Shown here: piece after piece, positions 27,478-40,175 of the stretch
Position numbering within the stretch: the first letter of the stretch is position 1
Layout of the letters: each line of letters starts with the position of its first letter
Source of the DNA: the human T2T-CHM13v2.0 reference genome, Homo sapiens
Length of the DNA: 64,000 bases
Direction: 5' to 3' (one strand)
Assembly: GCF_009914755.1 (NCBI RefSeq)
Contig: NC_060933.1
Position numbers and translations under genes: made by a program
Notes under the pieces: generated by a model
The model's database searches: none
What the model was told of the DNA's origin: nothing
Seen by the model: the letters and a program-made list of their open reading frames with translations, nothing else

Positions 27478-28830
27478 TAGTTAATTTATCAAACAAATAC
27501 ATACTGATCATCTCTCATGCACTTGGTACTATTACATGCTCTTGAAATATACCCATGAACTAAACAGACAAAGATTCCTACCCTCATTAAACTTAGATTT
27601 TAAGACAAAAAATAAATGAATATAATAAATAAAATATATGAATTATCACAAAATGATAAGCATAATAAAAACCAAAAATAAAAAAGGGTATGAGGAACTG
27701 GTAGTGTTTCTGTAAAGGCACAGATTATAATTGTAGTAGAGTGGAGAAGGCTGAGTGAAATGAGAGGTGGAATTTTAATGAAGACCTGAGAGATATGAAG
27801 AAATTAGCAGAAAAATATATGGGTGAAGAGTTCTAGGCAGAAAAATAATCCAGTATATAAGGACACTAACACAGAACACACAAAGATTGTTCAAAGAACA
27901 GTTAGGAAACCACAGTGGCTCAGTAGAATATATAAAGGGCAGAAATGTAAGATGAGGTCAAAAAGATGCTAAGAGGTTAGACTCTATAAGGTCAGAGCAT
28001 ATGCAGGCTTTTAATCTGAGTAAAATGAAGAACTAGTGCAGGGTTCTAACTGAAGAGTGACCTGTTGTACTCAGATTTTAATGGGATACCTCCTGCTGCT
28101 CTGCCCAGAATATTCTTTTAGAATCAAAGAGCAAAATCAGAGAGATGTGTAGGAAGTAATTAGAGTACACTAGTCAAGAGATGATTACTTGTACTAGAAT
28201 GGCCAATAGATTTTGCTCCAGAGTTGGGTGAAGAGAGAGAAAGGAGGAGAAGGAAAGAGCAGAGGAGAGAAGGAGAGTAGAAGAGAGAGATAAAAGGTGG
28301 CCCTCAAGTTTGGGGTTTGATGAAGTTGCTAACAACTGAGACAAAGTGAATTGCAGGTGGAACAGGTTTATGGAGACAAGATTAATAGTTCTGCTAAACA
28401 TGTTGTATTAGGGGTATCAGTTACACATACAAGAGGAGATGACAGTTCAACAAACATGTATTGATTTCAGGCTGGAGATAATACAAAATCTATAAACAAT
28501 CAACATATAAATGGGATTTTTAATGATCATAGTTAAAGAACAGAAAATGTCCAACAACTGAGCTCTGGGACACTTCAACTTTAAGAGATCTATCAGAAAT
28601 CAGGAATCTGCATAGGAGACTGAGAAGAAATGACCAGGGAAGCAAGAAGAAAACCAGGAGAATGAGTCCCAGAAGTGAGGTAATTTTTGTTTTTGTTTTC
28701 GTGAAATAAGTGACTGAATATGTTAGATGGGGCTTGGATGTCATAGAAGATTAGAGAAATACCTATCTAACAACTGGAAGGTCATTGATGGTTCCCACAA
28801 AACAGATTCGATGGTCTGATTAGAGAAAAT
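27478..28830 (-). mobile_element. L2 (L2a-like) fragment
   Basis: Antisense L2 tail 'tatcaaacaaatacatactg...aacagacaaagattcctaccctcat' and body 'aactgagctctgggacacttcaactttaagag...gagactgagaag'. Confidence 0.75.
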
Positions 28831-31249
28831 GGGAGTATAAATGGTTCTTTCAAGGAGTTAAAGGTGGTATGAATAAAATTATTATTTTGTGAATTTTAAA
28901 TTATTAATTTGTAAGTTTGAGCAATGCTCTCCTAAGTAATATTGAACATGTCTCTTTTGAATAAGCCTAAACCGGCCTAATATGCAAATGTTTGGTGCTT
29001 CCCTGGACCATATAGTATGCTGTTCTAGCCAATCTTAAAGGAAAAGACATTTTATTTTAAAAAATGCTTGTAGAATTAGTGTTTTATGCATTTTTAAAAT
29101 TTAGGCTTGTGGACACTCCTGCCTCTGGATTTCAAGAGAATAATTTTAAAAGGATTGGTAGAGTAAGACCAGTTTATATGCTTAATGTTTTCTAATTATT
29201 TTCATGGGTTATACTTACATATTCTTAAGATAGCTTGACAAGTTTTATTTAGTTCATGAAATGCTGTGGGTTTAATTTCTCTAAATAAATTACATTCTTG
29301 TTCTTAAATTCCAGAATATAAATAAGACCTCAAGGTGTTACTAAGTATAGGTATCTAAGCAAAATAGAAACAACCAGATTGAAAACAATCTCCTGGTTTC
29401 TCAACTGGGAAGAGAGCTAATCCAATGCCTGACAAAACATTTTACTGCTTGCATACTGTCACTCCAGCAGTCCTTCACAAAATCCCTTAAAACTTGATAC
29501 TATCAAGTCCATGGAATTTTTTCTTCTCTAAGCTAAATACACACAATGTATGACTTCTCATTAGATGTAGTAATTTTGAAACAGCATTTCTATTATTCAA
29601 GACAGGAATTCATAATTGTGTTTCTAATAGCAACAGCAGCCACTTTCTAATGTTGGCACCAATCTCTTTTCAGTTCATGTTCCACTCACTATGTAGTGGC
29701 ACATTTGCTATGCATCCTCCTGGGTGTACAGAACTGTCAGGCTACTTTAGAACCACCTGTCCTCATGGATGATAATAAAACTATGCCCAAGTGAACTTTT
29801 TGCAGCAGGGTAGCAACCTGTGCTTTCACGTCACAGCTGTTTCAAAATGAAAGTAAAGGACATAAATAAAATTTGGCATGAAGATAAACTTGTGTTTTAG
29901 GTGTATTTAAGGACTTGGGGGATTTTATGGAAATAGAAGGATATGCAAATTGAGAAAATGTATTCCTAAAATTTCCATATAGCTTGTTAAATCCTAATAT
30001 CTCCAAGAGAGTCCATTTTTACCAGTTTAGAATAATTGAAGTAAAAGCCAGTCTCCATTAATAAAGAAGTCAAAAATTATTTATTAATTTATTCATAAAT
30101 ACATGCCATGCATGTATATATAAATTCATTTTACATATATAGATCTTCCTTAGGCACACTAAAAATCACACTACCCAATGTAATAATCAAATAGCTCTTT
30201 AAGGTAGGCATAATTCTCCTTTAACATGTAAGGACACTGAAGAAAACAGAATATTTAAATTGTGTAATGCTCAACGTTTTATATTTCATATTCTCGTTTC
30301 AGCAGACATTACTGGTTGCCTAATAATTAGGCTCCTCCAATAAAATTCCTTGCTTACAAAATAGAACTATAATTTTGTTTAGTTATTGGAAGATCTATGT
30401 TTCATGGATCCCTCTCCAGACCGAGGAGTTAAATGTTAATTACTTAGGTGAGAATGTAAGTTTCTCAGTTATATTACCAGAATTGCTTTTATTTGCTACG
30501 GAAGCATCTGATGTAGCTAGTTGGAGTAGTAATTTAAAAACCACTATTTGTGATTCAAAATAATGGGTTCTTGCCATTGTAAACCTGACATTATTTTAAA
30601 AATTTAATACTTTTACTAAGTTGAGATGGAATATTAATAAAATATTTTTTCTGCTTTTCAATTCATATAGTGCAACTACAGAATTTTGGTGCTTAAAAAG
30701 TGCATACATATCAAAAATGTCAGCTTCCTCATTTTAATTTACAAAAACTGATACCCAAAGCTAGTTAGTTGCAAATCCATCTCTTCAGTCACCTATGCAA
30801 TTGTATTAAGTAAATCTTGCATTTAAACCCCACTGCCATGAAAAACAACTGTGGCTTATCAGGGGAAAAATCTTCTTCTCTTTTAGCCTTACTACTACTA
30901 AGTGCTAACTGGGATAAATAATACATTGTAATACCTTAGTGAGGATTCAATTATATTATGCATATAAAAATACTAGAACATATTAGCTACCAGTTAATAT
31001 TGGCTTTTATACACACCATCTTTTTATGCAGAGTGTTTTACATATTACAAGAAATACAGTTGAGAAATGAGTAGTTTGGTTAAAAATATTTGTATTTCTC
31101 AGAGTAATGTAAAACTTTCCTCTAAATTGAAATACACATCAGCACATTAAAGCCTTTGAGAAGTTCTGGAATAAAATAATCTGCATTTTTAATCTAATGC
31201 TACATAGAAAATTACTTCAAAAATTAGAATAAAAAAACAGTAAACATGT

Positions 31250-31672
31250 ATGACCTCACATGCATGAGCTTGCCATCAGGATGCTGGCTAGGTTTTGCAG
31301 TTACCTGGAAGTTTGACAGAGATGAAGATCTGCTTTCAAGATGGCTTACTCACTTACCTGGCAAATTAGTGCAGATTACTGACGTAAGGATTCCGTTACT
31401 TTTCAGGTGTACCTCTCCACATTGCTGCTTAAGTGTCTTTATGAGATAGCAGGTGGAGTCCACAAAGTAAGTAATCTAAGGAAAGGAATCAAGGAGGAAG
31501 CTTCAATGCCTTTTATAACTTATTTTAGGAAGTTACACAGGCCACCTTTTCTATGAGTTATTTATTATAAATAAGTCACTAAGTCCAGTCCATTATTGAT
31601 GAGAAGAGATTTCAGATCCATCTCTTAAAGGGAATAATAACAAAGGATAATAAACATATTGTTAAACCACCA
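31250..31672 (-). mobile_element. MLT1H-like MaLR LTR (partial)
   Basis: 'tcaagatggcttactcac', 'ggaagcttcaatgccttttataac', 'aagtcactaagtccagtcca', ending 'ttaaaccaccat'. Confidence 0.7.
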
Positions 31673-31842
31673 TGGAATATTTGTAACTTTATTTAATCCA
31701 GATTTTCCTGAAGTAATCTTACCATAGAAATCTATATTAAAGTAACATGTTTCTAAGGATTCCCTAAAAGTACCCATGACATAACCAAATTCTATATGGT
31801 TTTATTTGAATATATATATGAAGAAACTTTTTCAAGAGAAAA

Positions 31843-31905
31843 AGCTTGAGTCTTTCTAAAATATTCAAGCAGCTTGAGTGTTTCTAAAATATTCAAGCAG
31901 CTTGA
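31843..31905. repeat. 2.25 x 28-bp tandem repeat
   Basis: agcttgagt(c/g)tttctaaaatattcaagc twice, followed by agcttga. Confidence 0.92.
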
Positions 31906-32316
31906 CGACTGTTTTCAAATACTCCCTTGAATTGTATTTATAGTTTTTGACTGTTTCTAATAATTCATAACTGTTGATCATGATCTAAATTGGCAATCCT
32001 AATTTTGGATTATACAATTGGACATAAAAATATATGTTTTGGAGAGACATTTTCTATCTGTAACTTGGCATATACTGCTGTATTTTAAAGTTTAAGTGGT
32101 GTTATTAAGGGTGCTGACTAGGATCACTATTCTGCAATGTGAAACTGTTATGAGCAGGAATGAAATACAGTTTTTAAAGCAGAGTGTTCTATTTTTTCAA
32201 CAACCAACAGATTGGTAAAATGGAACATTTTGTAAAATACCCTCCACAATCTAAGGGCAAGGAACACCCAGAGGAGTGAAATCCTAAAGAGTTCCTTATG
32301 CTTAACTGTAATCTAG

Positions 32317-32688
<372 letters not shown>

Positions 32689-33617
32689 TAACGTAGCTGA
32701 GTATATAGGAACTCAAACAAATGTCCTAGTCATGGATAATGAATTTCCAGCTGCTGGAGTACCTCATATCTCTCTCTTTAAAATGTAAGTATTAGCCAAG
32801 TCGAAGAGTCATTTGGGATCTGAGACCATTTAGGAGATACATGATACCTGCTATAATCAGTAAAATGAGAAAGAAAAACTTCACTGGAAGAGAAAAACAA
32901 GATACATGTTACATGAACATAAGCATGCACAAACAGGATGTTCTCATAGGGACACGGATTAAATGAAAGAGTTCTATACTTTCTGTTTTGTAGAGAAAAA
33001 AGGACCTAAGAAAATCAAGTGTTGAAATTTAACTGTCATTAGATGGCAGTTGCTTTATCTACTGTTTTGTTTCTTACTGAAGGTTTTAGCTATTCTGTGC
33101 CCCATGCAGCCCCATCACCAAGAATTGTACCTCTGGTAAATGATAATTTTCCACAAGAGCAATTTTTATATCTAAAAGATAAGGGGAATATGAGAAGAAT
33201 GGTTGTTGCTGTTAAAGTATGTCCTCAGGATTATTTACTGCATTATGCACTCATGAACTTCTATATTAATGTCATTTAACCTTTGGCAATATTAGTCTAG
33301 AGAGGATCTTGTGAAGGATGGTACATTAACTTTTAGAAGTGATGGGCTGTGATAGTCCTGCTGTGATACTGAATGGCACTGGCTGAACTTCAGCACAGTC
33401 TTCCAAAGATGTAAGATATTTTCTCTCTATAGGGCAAAGCTTACGTACATGAGGGCAGATCTGTGAATTCATATATTTCAACCTGTCCTTGAGCAGTAAA
33501 ACATAATGGTGCCATTTGAAAATAATTCTATAAAATAGCTCACTTTTCTGGTTACTGTCCACTACATTTTTAACTCTTTCATTATTCTATTTGTTCTATA
33601 GAGAGATACTGGAAGGT

Positions 33618-33619
<2 letters not shown>

Positions 33620-33665
<46 letters not shown>
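33620..33665. repeat. Pure (TA)n microsatellite, ~22-23 units
   Basis: Uninterrupted TA run. Confidence 0.97.
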
Positions 33666-33666
<1 letters not shown>

Positions 33667-33668
<2 letters not shown>

Positions 33669-33800
33669 AGTGTCTTTATGAGATAGTAGTTGGAGTCCAC
33701 AAAGTAATTAATTTAAGGGAAGGAATCAAGGAGGAAGCTTCGATGCCTTTTATAACCTATATTAGGAAGTCACACAGGCCACCTTTTCTATGTGCTATTT
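33667..33800 (+). repeat. 134-bp dispersed copy of 31430-31563 (internal piece of the MLT1H LTR)
   Basis: Ungapped alignment with 11 mismatches in 134 nt by hand count (~92%). Confidence 0.93.
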
Positions 33801-34119
33801 GGGTCAATTATATATATAATATACATCACGCACACACTATATATATTTTTGAGCAAATATATATGTGTATATATGTGTGTGTTTATATATACACTAATAT
33901 ATATTCTCAAAAATTGTAGATGCTTTCAAACTATTTAGGAAAAAACTCTAAACAAATAGTTGAGACACAATGAGCTTAGGCATTAGTAGAAGTTTATACA
34001 AATTACTGAGAGAATAAGATAAGTAATTATCTGGCTGAGTTAAGGGATGAAGAAAAACATTCCTTCTAGGGAGATTAAGGGCCACATTCTTGGGTGGAAA
34101 AAGAAACAAGGCAATGAAT

Positions 34120-34245
34120 ATAGACCTGGAGTCAGATCAAAATCACGTCCTTGGACTTCTATGTTTTGAATGACTTTTGACCTATTACTTAACTTCCTGG
34201 TATTTCATGCACCTAAATTATACAGTACAGATATCTCACATTTCT
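34120..34245 (+). mobile_element. MIR fragment
   Basis: 'ctggagtcaga...tgacttttgacctattacttaacttcctgg' resembles MIR. Confidence 0.4.
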
Positions 34246-34264
34246 AACAAATATTCTTTTTCTT

Positions 34265-36225
34265 CATTTTTATGTCCCAGTAGCATATAAAAATGAACAT
34301 GTCAAAATTTAACCTATTGTATTTCCTGTGAATATGTGCCCTTCTCAATGCATTCCTGATAAGTTATTAATGTTTGTGCCCCACTGTCATCCTCCCCAGC
34401 TAGATCTCTAAGTTAAAAGCTAATCTCCACTTTCAGCTTTCAATATGTGGCTAGTCAGTTTTCCCAGCATCATTTATTATATAGGGAATCCTTTCCCCAT
34501 TTCTTGTTTTTGTCAGGTTTGTCAAAGATCAGATGGTTGTAGATGTGTGGTGTTATTTCTGAGGCCTATGTTCTGTTCTATTGGTCTATATATCTGTTTT
34601 GGTACCAGTACCATGCTGTTTTGATTACTGTACCCTTGTAGCATAGTTTGAAGTCAGGTAGTGTGATGCCTCCAGCTTTGTTCTTTTCGCTTAGGATTGT
34701 CTTGGCTATGTGGTCTCTTTTTTGGTTATATATAAAATGTAAAGTAGTTTTTTCCAATTCTGTGAAGACAGTCAATGGTAGCTTGATGGGGATGGCATTG
34801 AATCTATAAATTACCTTAGGTAGTATGGCCATTTTCATATTGATTCTTCCTATCCATGAGCATGGAATGTTTTTCCATTTGTTTGTATCCTCTTTTATTT
34901 CGTTGAGCAGTGGTTTGTAGTTCTCTTTGAAGAGGTCCTTCACATCCCTTGTAAGTTGGATTCCTAGGTATTTTATGCTCTTTGTAGCAATTGTGAATGG
35001 GAATTGACTCATGATTTGGCTCTGTCTGTTATTGGTGTATAGGAATGCTTGTGATTTTTGCACATTGATTTTGTATCCTGAGACTTAGCTGAAGTTGCTT
35101 ATCAGCTTAAGGAGATTTGGGGCTGAGATGATGGGGTTTTCTAAATATACAATCATGTCATCTGCAAACAGGGACAATTTGACTTCCTCTTTTCCTATTG
35201 CTTTCTCTTGACTGATTGTCCTGGAAGAACTTCCAACACTATGTTGAATTGGAGTGGTGAGAGAGGGCATCACTGTCTTGTGCCAGTTTTCAAAGGGAAT
35301 GCTTCCAGTTTTTGCCCATTCAGTATGATATTGGCTGTGGGTTTGTCATAAATAGCTCTTATTATTTTGAGATATGTTCCATCAATACCTAGTTTATTGA
35401 GAGTTTTTAGCATGAAGGGCTGTTGAATTTTGTCAAAGGCCTTTTCTGCATCTATTGAGATAACCTTGTGGTTTTTGTCATTGGTTCTGTTTATGTGATG
35501 GATTATGTTTATTGATTTGCATATGTTGAACCAGCCTTGCATTCCAGTCAGAAGTCATACCCACATATTTATCAATTATCTTCTATGTGTGCTTGATTAT
35601 CTCATCCAGTCCTTTTTTTCTATACCAGATGATACTTATAAAGTATAAGTCAAATTCTATTTCTCTATTATTTAAAATATGCAAAGGTTTACTGTTACAT
35701 TTACAAGAAAATCTAAACTCCTCACCTGGTATTTCAAGGATTAAAACATGAAGTCTCTACCAGTCTCTAACCTCATAACGCTTCCAACCTTTCATTACAC
35801 TCCGGATATCCCACTCTTTCTACTATTTGACTAATATAAAGTTTATTCTGTTTCTGGGACTTTGCTGTTTCTATCTCCCTACTAGAGCATTCTTCACCTA
35901 CATCTTTGCATCACTTCACCTTTATCATTTAGGTTTCAAGTCAGAAACCACTTTCTTATAGAAGTCTTCTCTGACCTTCCTATGGTAATAGCTTTATACT
36001 CACCACCTCCACCATCAATCTTTATTCAATCACCAACACTTCATTTTGTCATAACATTTATCCTTATCACTATCTGAAATCATTTTAATTTTAAGTGAAT
36101 AGTTGTTCTTGGTTTCTCCCTGGAATATGAGTGCAATAAAGATAGAGAATATATTTTTACCATTCTATCTGTCATGGATAGGATAGTGGTATGTATTCAA
36201 TTAATATTTTTTGAATTAATAATGA
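34265..36225 (+). mobile_element. L2 fragment interrupted by an L1PA piece
   Basis: 'aacatgtcaaaatttaac' on the left; 'aaatctaaactcctcacctgg', 'agaagtcttctctgacc' and the tail 'ttcaattaatattttttgaattaataatgaa' on the right. Confidence 0.6.
34426..35548 (-). mobile_element. Internal L1PA ORF2 fragment (RT region), truncated at both ends
   Basis: ORFs 35270-35542, 35085-35273 and 34578-35063 translate to L1 ORF2p (MQGWFNI..., [23 protein letters not shown]) with frameshifts. No 3'UTR or poly(A). Confidence 0.95.
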
Positions 36226-37064
36226 AAATCATTCATGTGTATATGTAGGAATAAAGCAGAGAAAATATACATATTTCTTTTTAGGAATAATATAAAATAA
36301 TTGCACAGTAAGTTACAACATAAATGTTAAGTACAGAAGTATCCACAAAGAGTAATTGAAGTTGGTCAAGTAAAGATAACATAGGTGGAATATATTCAAT
36401 ATCTTAAAGATATAATGGCTAGAATTTAGAAATCTGTTTATACAGAAAAGCTGAGTTTGCATATCAATGATTTTTTTTGTCTTGGATGACTACATTGGTA
36501 TTGTTACTAATAAATCTTATATAATTTCAAGAAGAATGACATTTTAAAGCTAAAGTTTGCAGATAAGATTATTTTAGAACTATTATATTCGAAGTGTTCA
36601 TGAAGCATCCTGTGAGAGATAGACAATTTGAACTTGGCCATATTATTCCAGAGCTAAGAAAATATACTGGAGTGAGAAATATATTTGAGGCATTTGAAGT
36701 AGATGAGATTGTCCCAGAAAAACATTAAACATAAGAGTGAAGTTAACAATAGTCCTGGGAGAAGTAATAGGAACAAGAGAGTGAGTTTGAAAGATGAATC
36801 ACACACTCCAAGAGGCAAGTATATATAGTGTTCAGAATGAGGAAGATACAGAAATGAGGATGGATTTTACCTGACTACAATGTCCACTCTGCGTATTCCT
36901 ATGCTCCACTCTACAATTTCAAGTCTCACAAGAACAAAAGATTCTGAAATACAGGCAGGGCATGGAGGGCCACTTGTTTCCCTCTACCACCCCAAAGCCA
37001 GTCATTTTTCTTAATGCAATTACACAAACACTTGATCACTTTCAATGCACCCATTAGAGAGCTA

Positions 37065-37371
37065 CAATTGTCCCTTGGTATTCTCGGGAATTTGTTACAG
37101 GGCTGCACAGATACCAGATCCATGGATGTTCAAGTTCCTTTTATAAAATAGTGAAGTATTTGCATATTTGCATCTTCCTGTGTACTTCAAATCATCTCTA
37201 GATTACTTATAATACCTAATACAATATAATGATATATAAAATTATTATAATTTATTTTTAAATTTTTATTGTTTATTTTTGTATTCCTATTTTTACTGTT
37301 TTATTCTGAATACTTTTGATCCACAGTTGGATGAATCCATGGTGTGGAACCTACAGATGGAGGGCTCACTG
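37065..37371. mobile_element. MER2 (Tigger-family non-autonomous DNA transposon)
   Basis: ta|caattgtcccttggtatt...gatggagggctcactg|ta gives imperfect TIRs with a TA TSD; internal 'aaatcatctctagattacttataatacctaatacaat' is typical of MER2. Confidence 0.85.
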
Positions 37372-38512
37372 TATATACTGACACAATTGGACTTTGTGTC
37401 AGAATGTCTCCTCTGGTCCCAATGTTCTTTATGTATGATGGCTTGACTTTTACTATATCTAATCCAGGTGCTAATGAACTCAATGATAGTTCGAATCTAG
37501 GCCAGTGTTTGTCAGACTACATATTTACATACAGCCTCTCTTGAAGGAGTCACAATTTATAAAATGTTACAAATAAGTTTCACCCTGTTACTGTGCAATT
37601 TGGGACGGCAATGGCTAGAAATACACAATCATGGAAAATAATATTACTTGTTTTATTTTTAAGGCAGGTAATAAATGTAAAAGAGAATAGCAATTACTGA
37701 CACCACAAAATGTACAGGCCACTCTAAGCCTCAAAGGCTCAAACAAATATTCAAAGTAAAGATAATCTTGAAAGAAAATATATTCTTATATTGCTGTGTG
37801 TTAAATGTAATGCTTATGAATGATTTTAGTCAAAAAGTAAAATAAAATTTAAAAATAAAGACAATAATAAGAAAAATATGATCCATTACCGTATCTAGCA
37901 ATTCTGCTACAAACATTATTGTAAGGCATATAAATTCAAGATGAAAAAATAATAATTAAAACTCAAAAGTACCCTTAATAAAGAAAACAGTGATTTCATT
38001 TTAAATCAATTATTTGAAATGAAAACAAATCTGTATTACCTAAAGACAGTATCCATAGTCAAGTACAGGAGTGGGAGTCCCACTTGCTACCCTGGGCTGA
38101 AATATTTGACAGGTTAGCTAAATTAATGTTTAGTGGGTCACTGTGGTGAAAATTGATGTGTAAGTAACCTAATTTCTGAATAACTGCTTCTAGAGCTTGA
38201 AAGCAGTTGAAAACTTAAAGGGACTGACACAACCTTCACTATTTAGTGTTTGCAAAGTGCTCCCTAGAAATCAGGGCTCAGAACTCGGTTTCCTCTGTGG
38301 TATACAGAATGTCCTGTGGCTCCAATTCTGAGCCCTGGAGAGGATGAAGAAACAATGTTGAAGACATAAATGTTATTTAATTACAAGTCACAAAATCTGT
38401 TTTAATCGATGTTGTGGTTTGCTCCATTATGAATCAGTCACTGTGAATATAGGGGAGCTGTATCTGGAGATTAACTCTAAAGTGATTCTTCTTGGAAACC
38501 GAAAGACCACAT

Positions 38513-38617
38513 TTCTTTTCTTTTTTTAAAATTTCAAATTTATTTTGAACTCAAGGGGTACATGTGCAGGTTTGTTACATGGGTATGTTGTATGATGCTG
38601 TGGTTTGAAGTACAATT
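38513..38617 (-). mobile_element. L1PB/old L1PA 3' end stub, cut by the ERV LTR
   Basis: 'ttttattttgaactcaaggggtacatgtgcaggtttgttacatgggtat'. Confidence 0.8.
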
Positions 38618-39610
38618 TGTTACAGTATTCCTTCGATGCTGCTTTGCCAGCTGGAAATCTTTGCAACTGCCATCTCCTCTGTCTGGGCCTTGCTCAGGCC
38701 CGCGGGGCTCACTCTACCCACTTGGTACAGAAGGCTGCGCTGGGTTTGCAACTGCTCAGATCTTACACCTGCCATGGCTCCATGCTCATCCCACAGCTGG
38801 CCTGGGGATGCCACAAGTGGCTTCCGTGTTGGGTGCCAGTGTCTAAATGAGAGGAACATGGTGGCACCTGCAAACTTGAAGATGCCAGCAATCTCAAGCT
38901 CCAAGGGGTGTTACAGTTCTTGCTCAGGCAGTTCCAATGTCTGCACCCCCAAGAAATGTTGGAACTCTTCATTCTCATAGCTCGTCAAGTGGGAGCATGT
39001 TATAGCTGTCTTTCTCCCATAGTCTGTCGAGCAGGAGCATGCAACAGCTCGTTGATTCCTGCCACCTGAAGCTCACCAGGCAGAAAGGAGGATCACAGCT
39101 CATTCATTTCCACTTCTCTCAGTTCAGCAAATGAGAGGGTTACAGCTCATTTGTTCCTGCTGCACGCAGTTCAGCAAGTTCTAGGTTCTTGTCCTGTGAC
39201 GAAGAGGAATAAAGTATGTGGACACTAGAGAGTAAGGCAGAGAAGAATCTTATTGAGTGACAGAAGGAAAGCTCTAAGCAGAAAGGGGATCCTGAAAGCG
39301 GGTAGCCATCTATGAGGCTGAGTCTGGAATTTTATGGGCTTAGTATGGGGGAGTGTGTACTTATTGATCTATGGGTGTTCTTGGAAAAAGCACCATTTGA
39401 TTGGTTCCACCATCCAGATGGAACCAATGAGTTGAAATGAGTTCATTTTGAGTGGATAAGACAGGATACAAGTTTTCACACCAGTGGTGGATTCCATTCA
39501 GAACTGGCAGTTTGGTTTTCAGGCTTCAGGCTGTCTTTGGCTTGAAGGTCAGGTTTCACCGGGGCTTGTCCCTGTCTGCCTAGGAATCTGTCTGTCTCCT
39601 GTCACTATCA
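38618..39610 (-). mobile_element. ERV1 3' LTR (LTR28/LTR27/MER52 group), ~993 bp
   Basis: The minus strand reads tgatagtgacaggagacagacagattcctaggcagacaggg...tgtaaca (TG...CA), preceded by a purine tract (gatgaggggt). Confidence 0.8.
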
Positions 39611-40175
39611 ACCCCTCATCTGAAGAGGTACATCTAACTGCCGTTAGGATAGGGACGGTGACTGATCTGTTTCATGATGACAGGGGGCATTGTCTTGGGA
39701 GAACAGCAGTCAGATCTCTCTCAGACGCCTATCTAAGGATCCCAAGTAAAAGGGAGTCATTGTCTGGGGCTCCATTACATGACCATTTGGAGTTTGATGA
39801 CCTCTAGGTGAGAAGAAACACATTTTACAAGGAGGTTAACTATTTGTGGGCCAAATATGAGTATTATACAAAGAGGAGGTAAAAGCGGAAAATCCATACC
39901 AGTGCCAGAGATAGCAAAAATAAAAAGTAAAATAAACTATCATTCTGAAAACAATGTGGCCAAAGCTGTGTCACCTTGGTGAAAGAAATTCAATCTTGTA
40001 TGGTGGAGGGGAGTTACATTTTAGAAGAGAAATAGCTGTTTAGGGGAGTAGATGATCCCACGGGTGTTCAGGATTATGGGGTCCTTGACCAAGACACCTT
40101 ATGCTGAGGAACAGAATGAAGGTGAGAACAGCAAGCATAGGCAAGACTATAAAGGAGATAGCCATGGAAAGTTAA

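Noticed and set aside
31080-31780. Possible Charlie4-type hAT remnant around the MLT1H LTR
   Set aside because: Only short similarity from memory ('cattaaagcctttgagaagttctg'); too weak to call.
38562-38980. Cluster of overlapping 70-114 aa ORFs
   Set aside because: They lie in the GC-richer ERV LTR, where stop codons are scarce; no protein similarity recognised.
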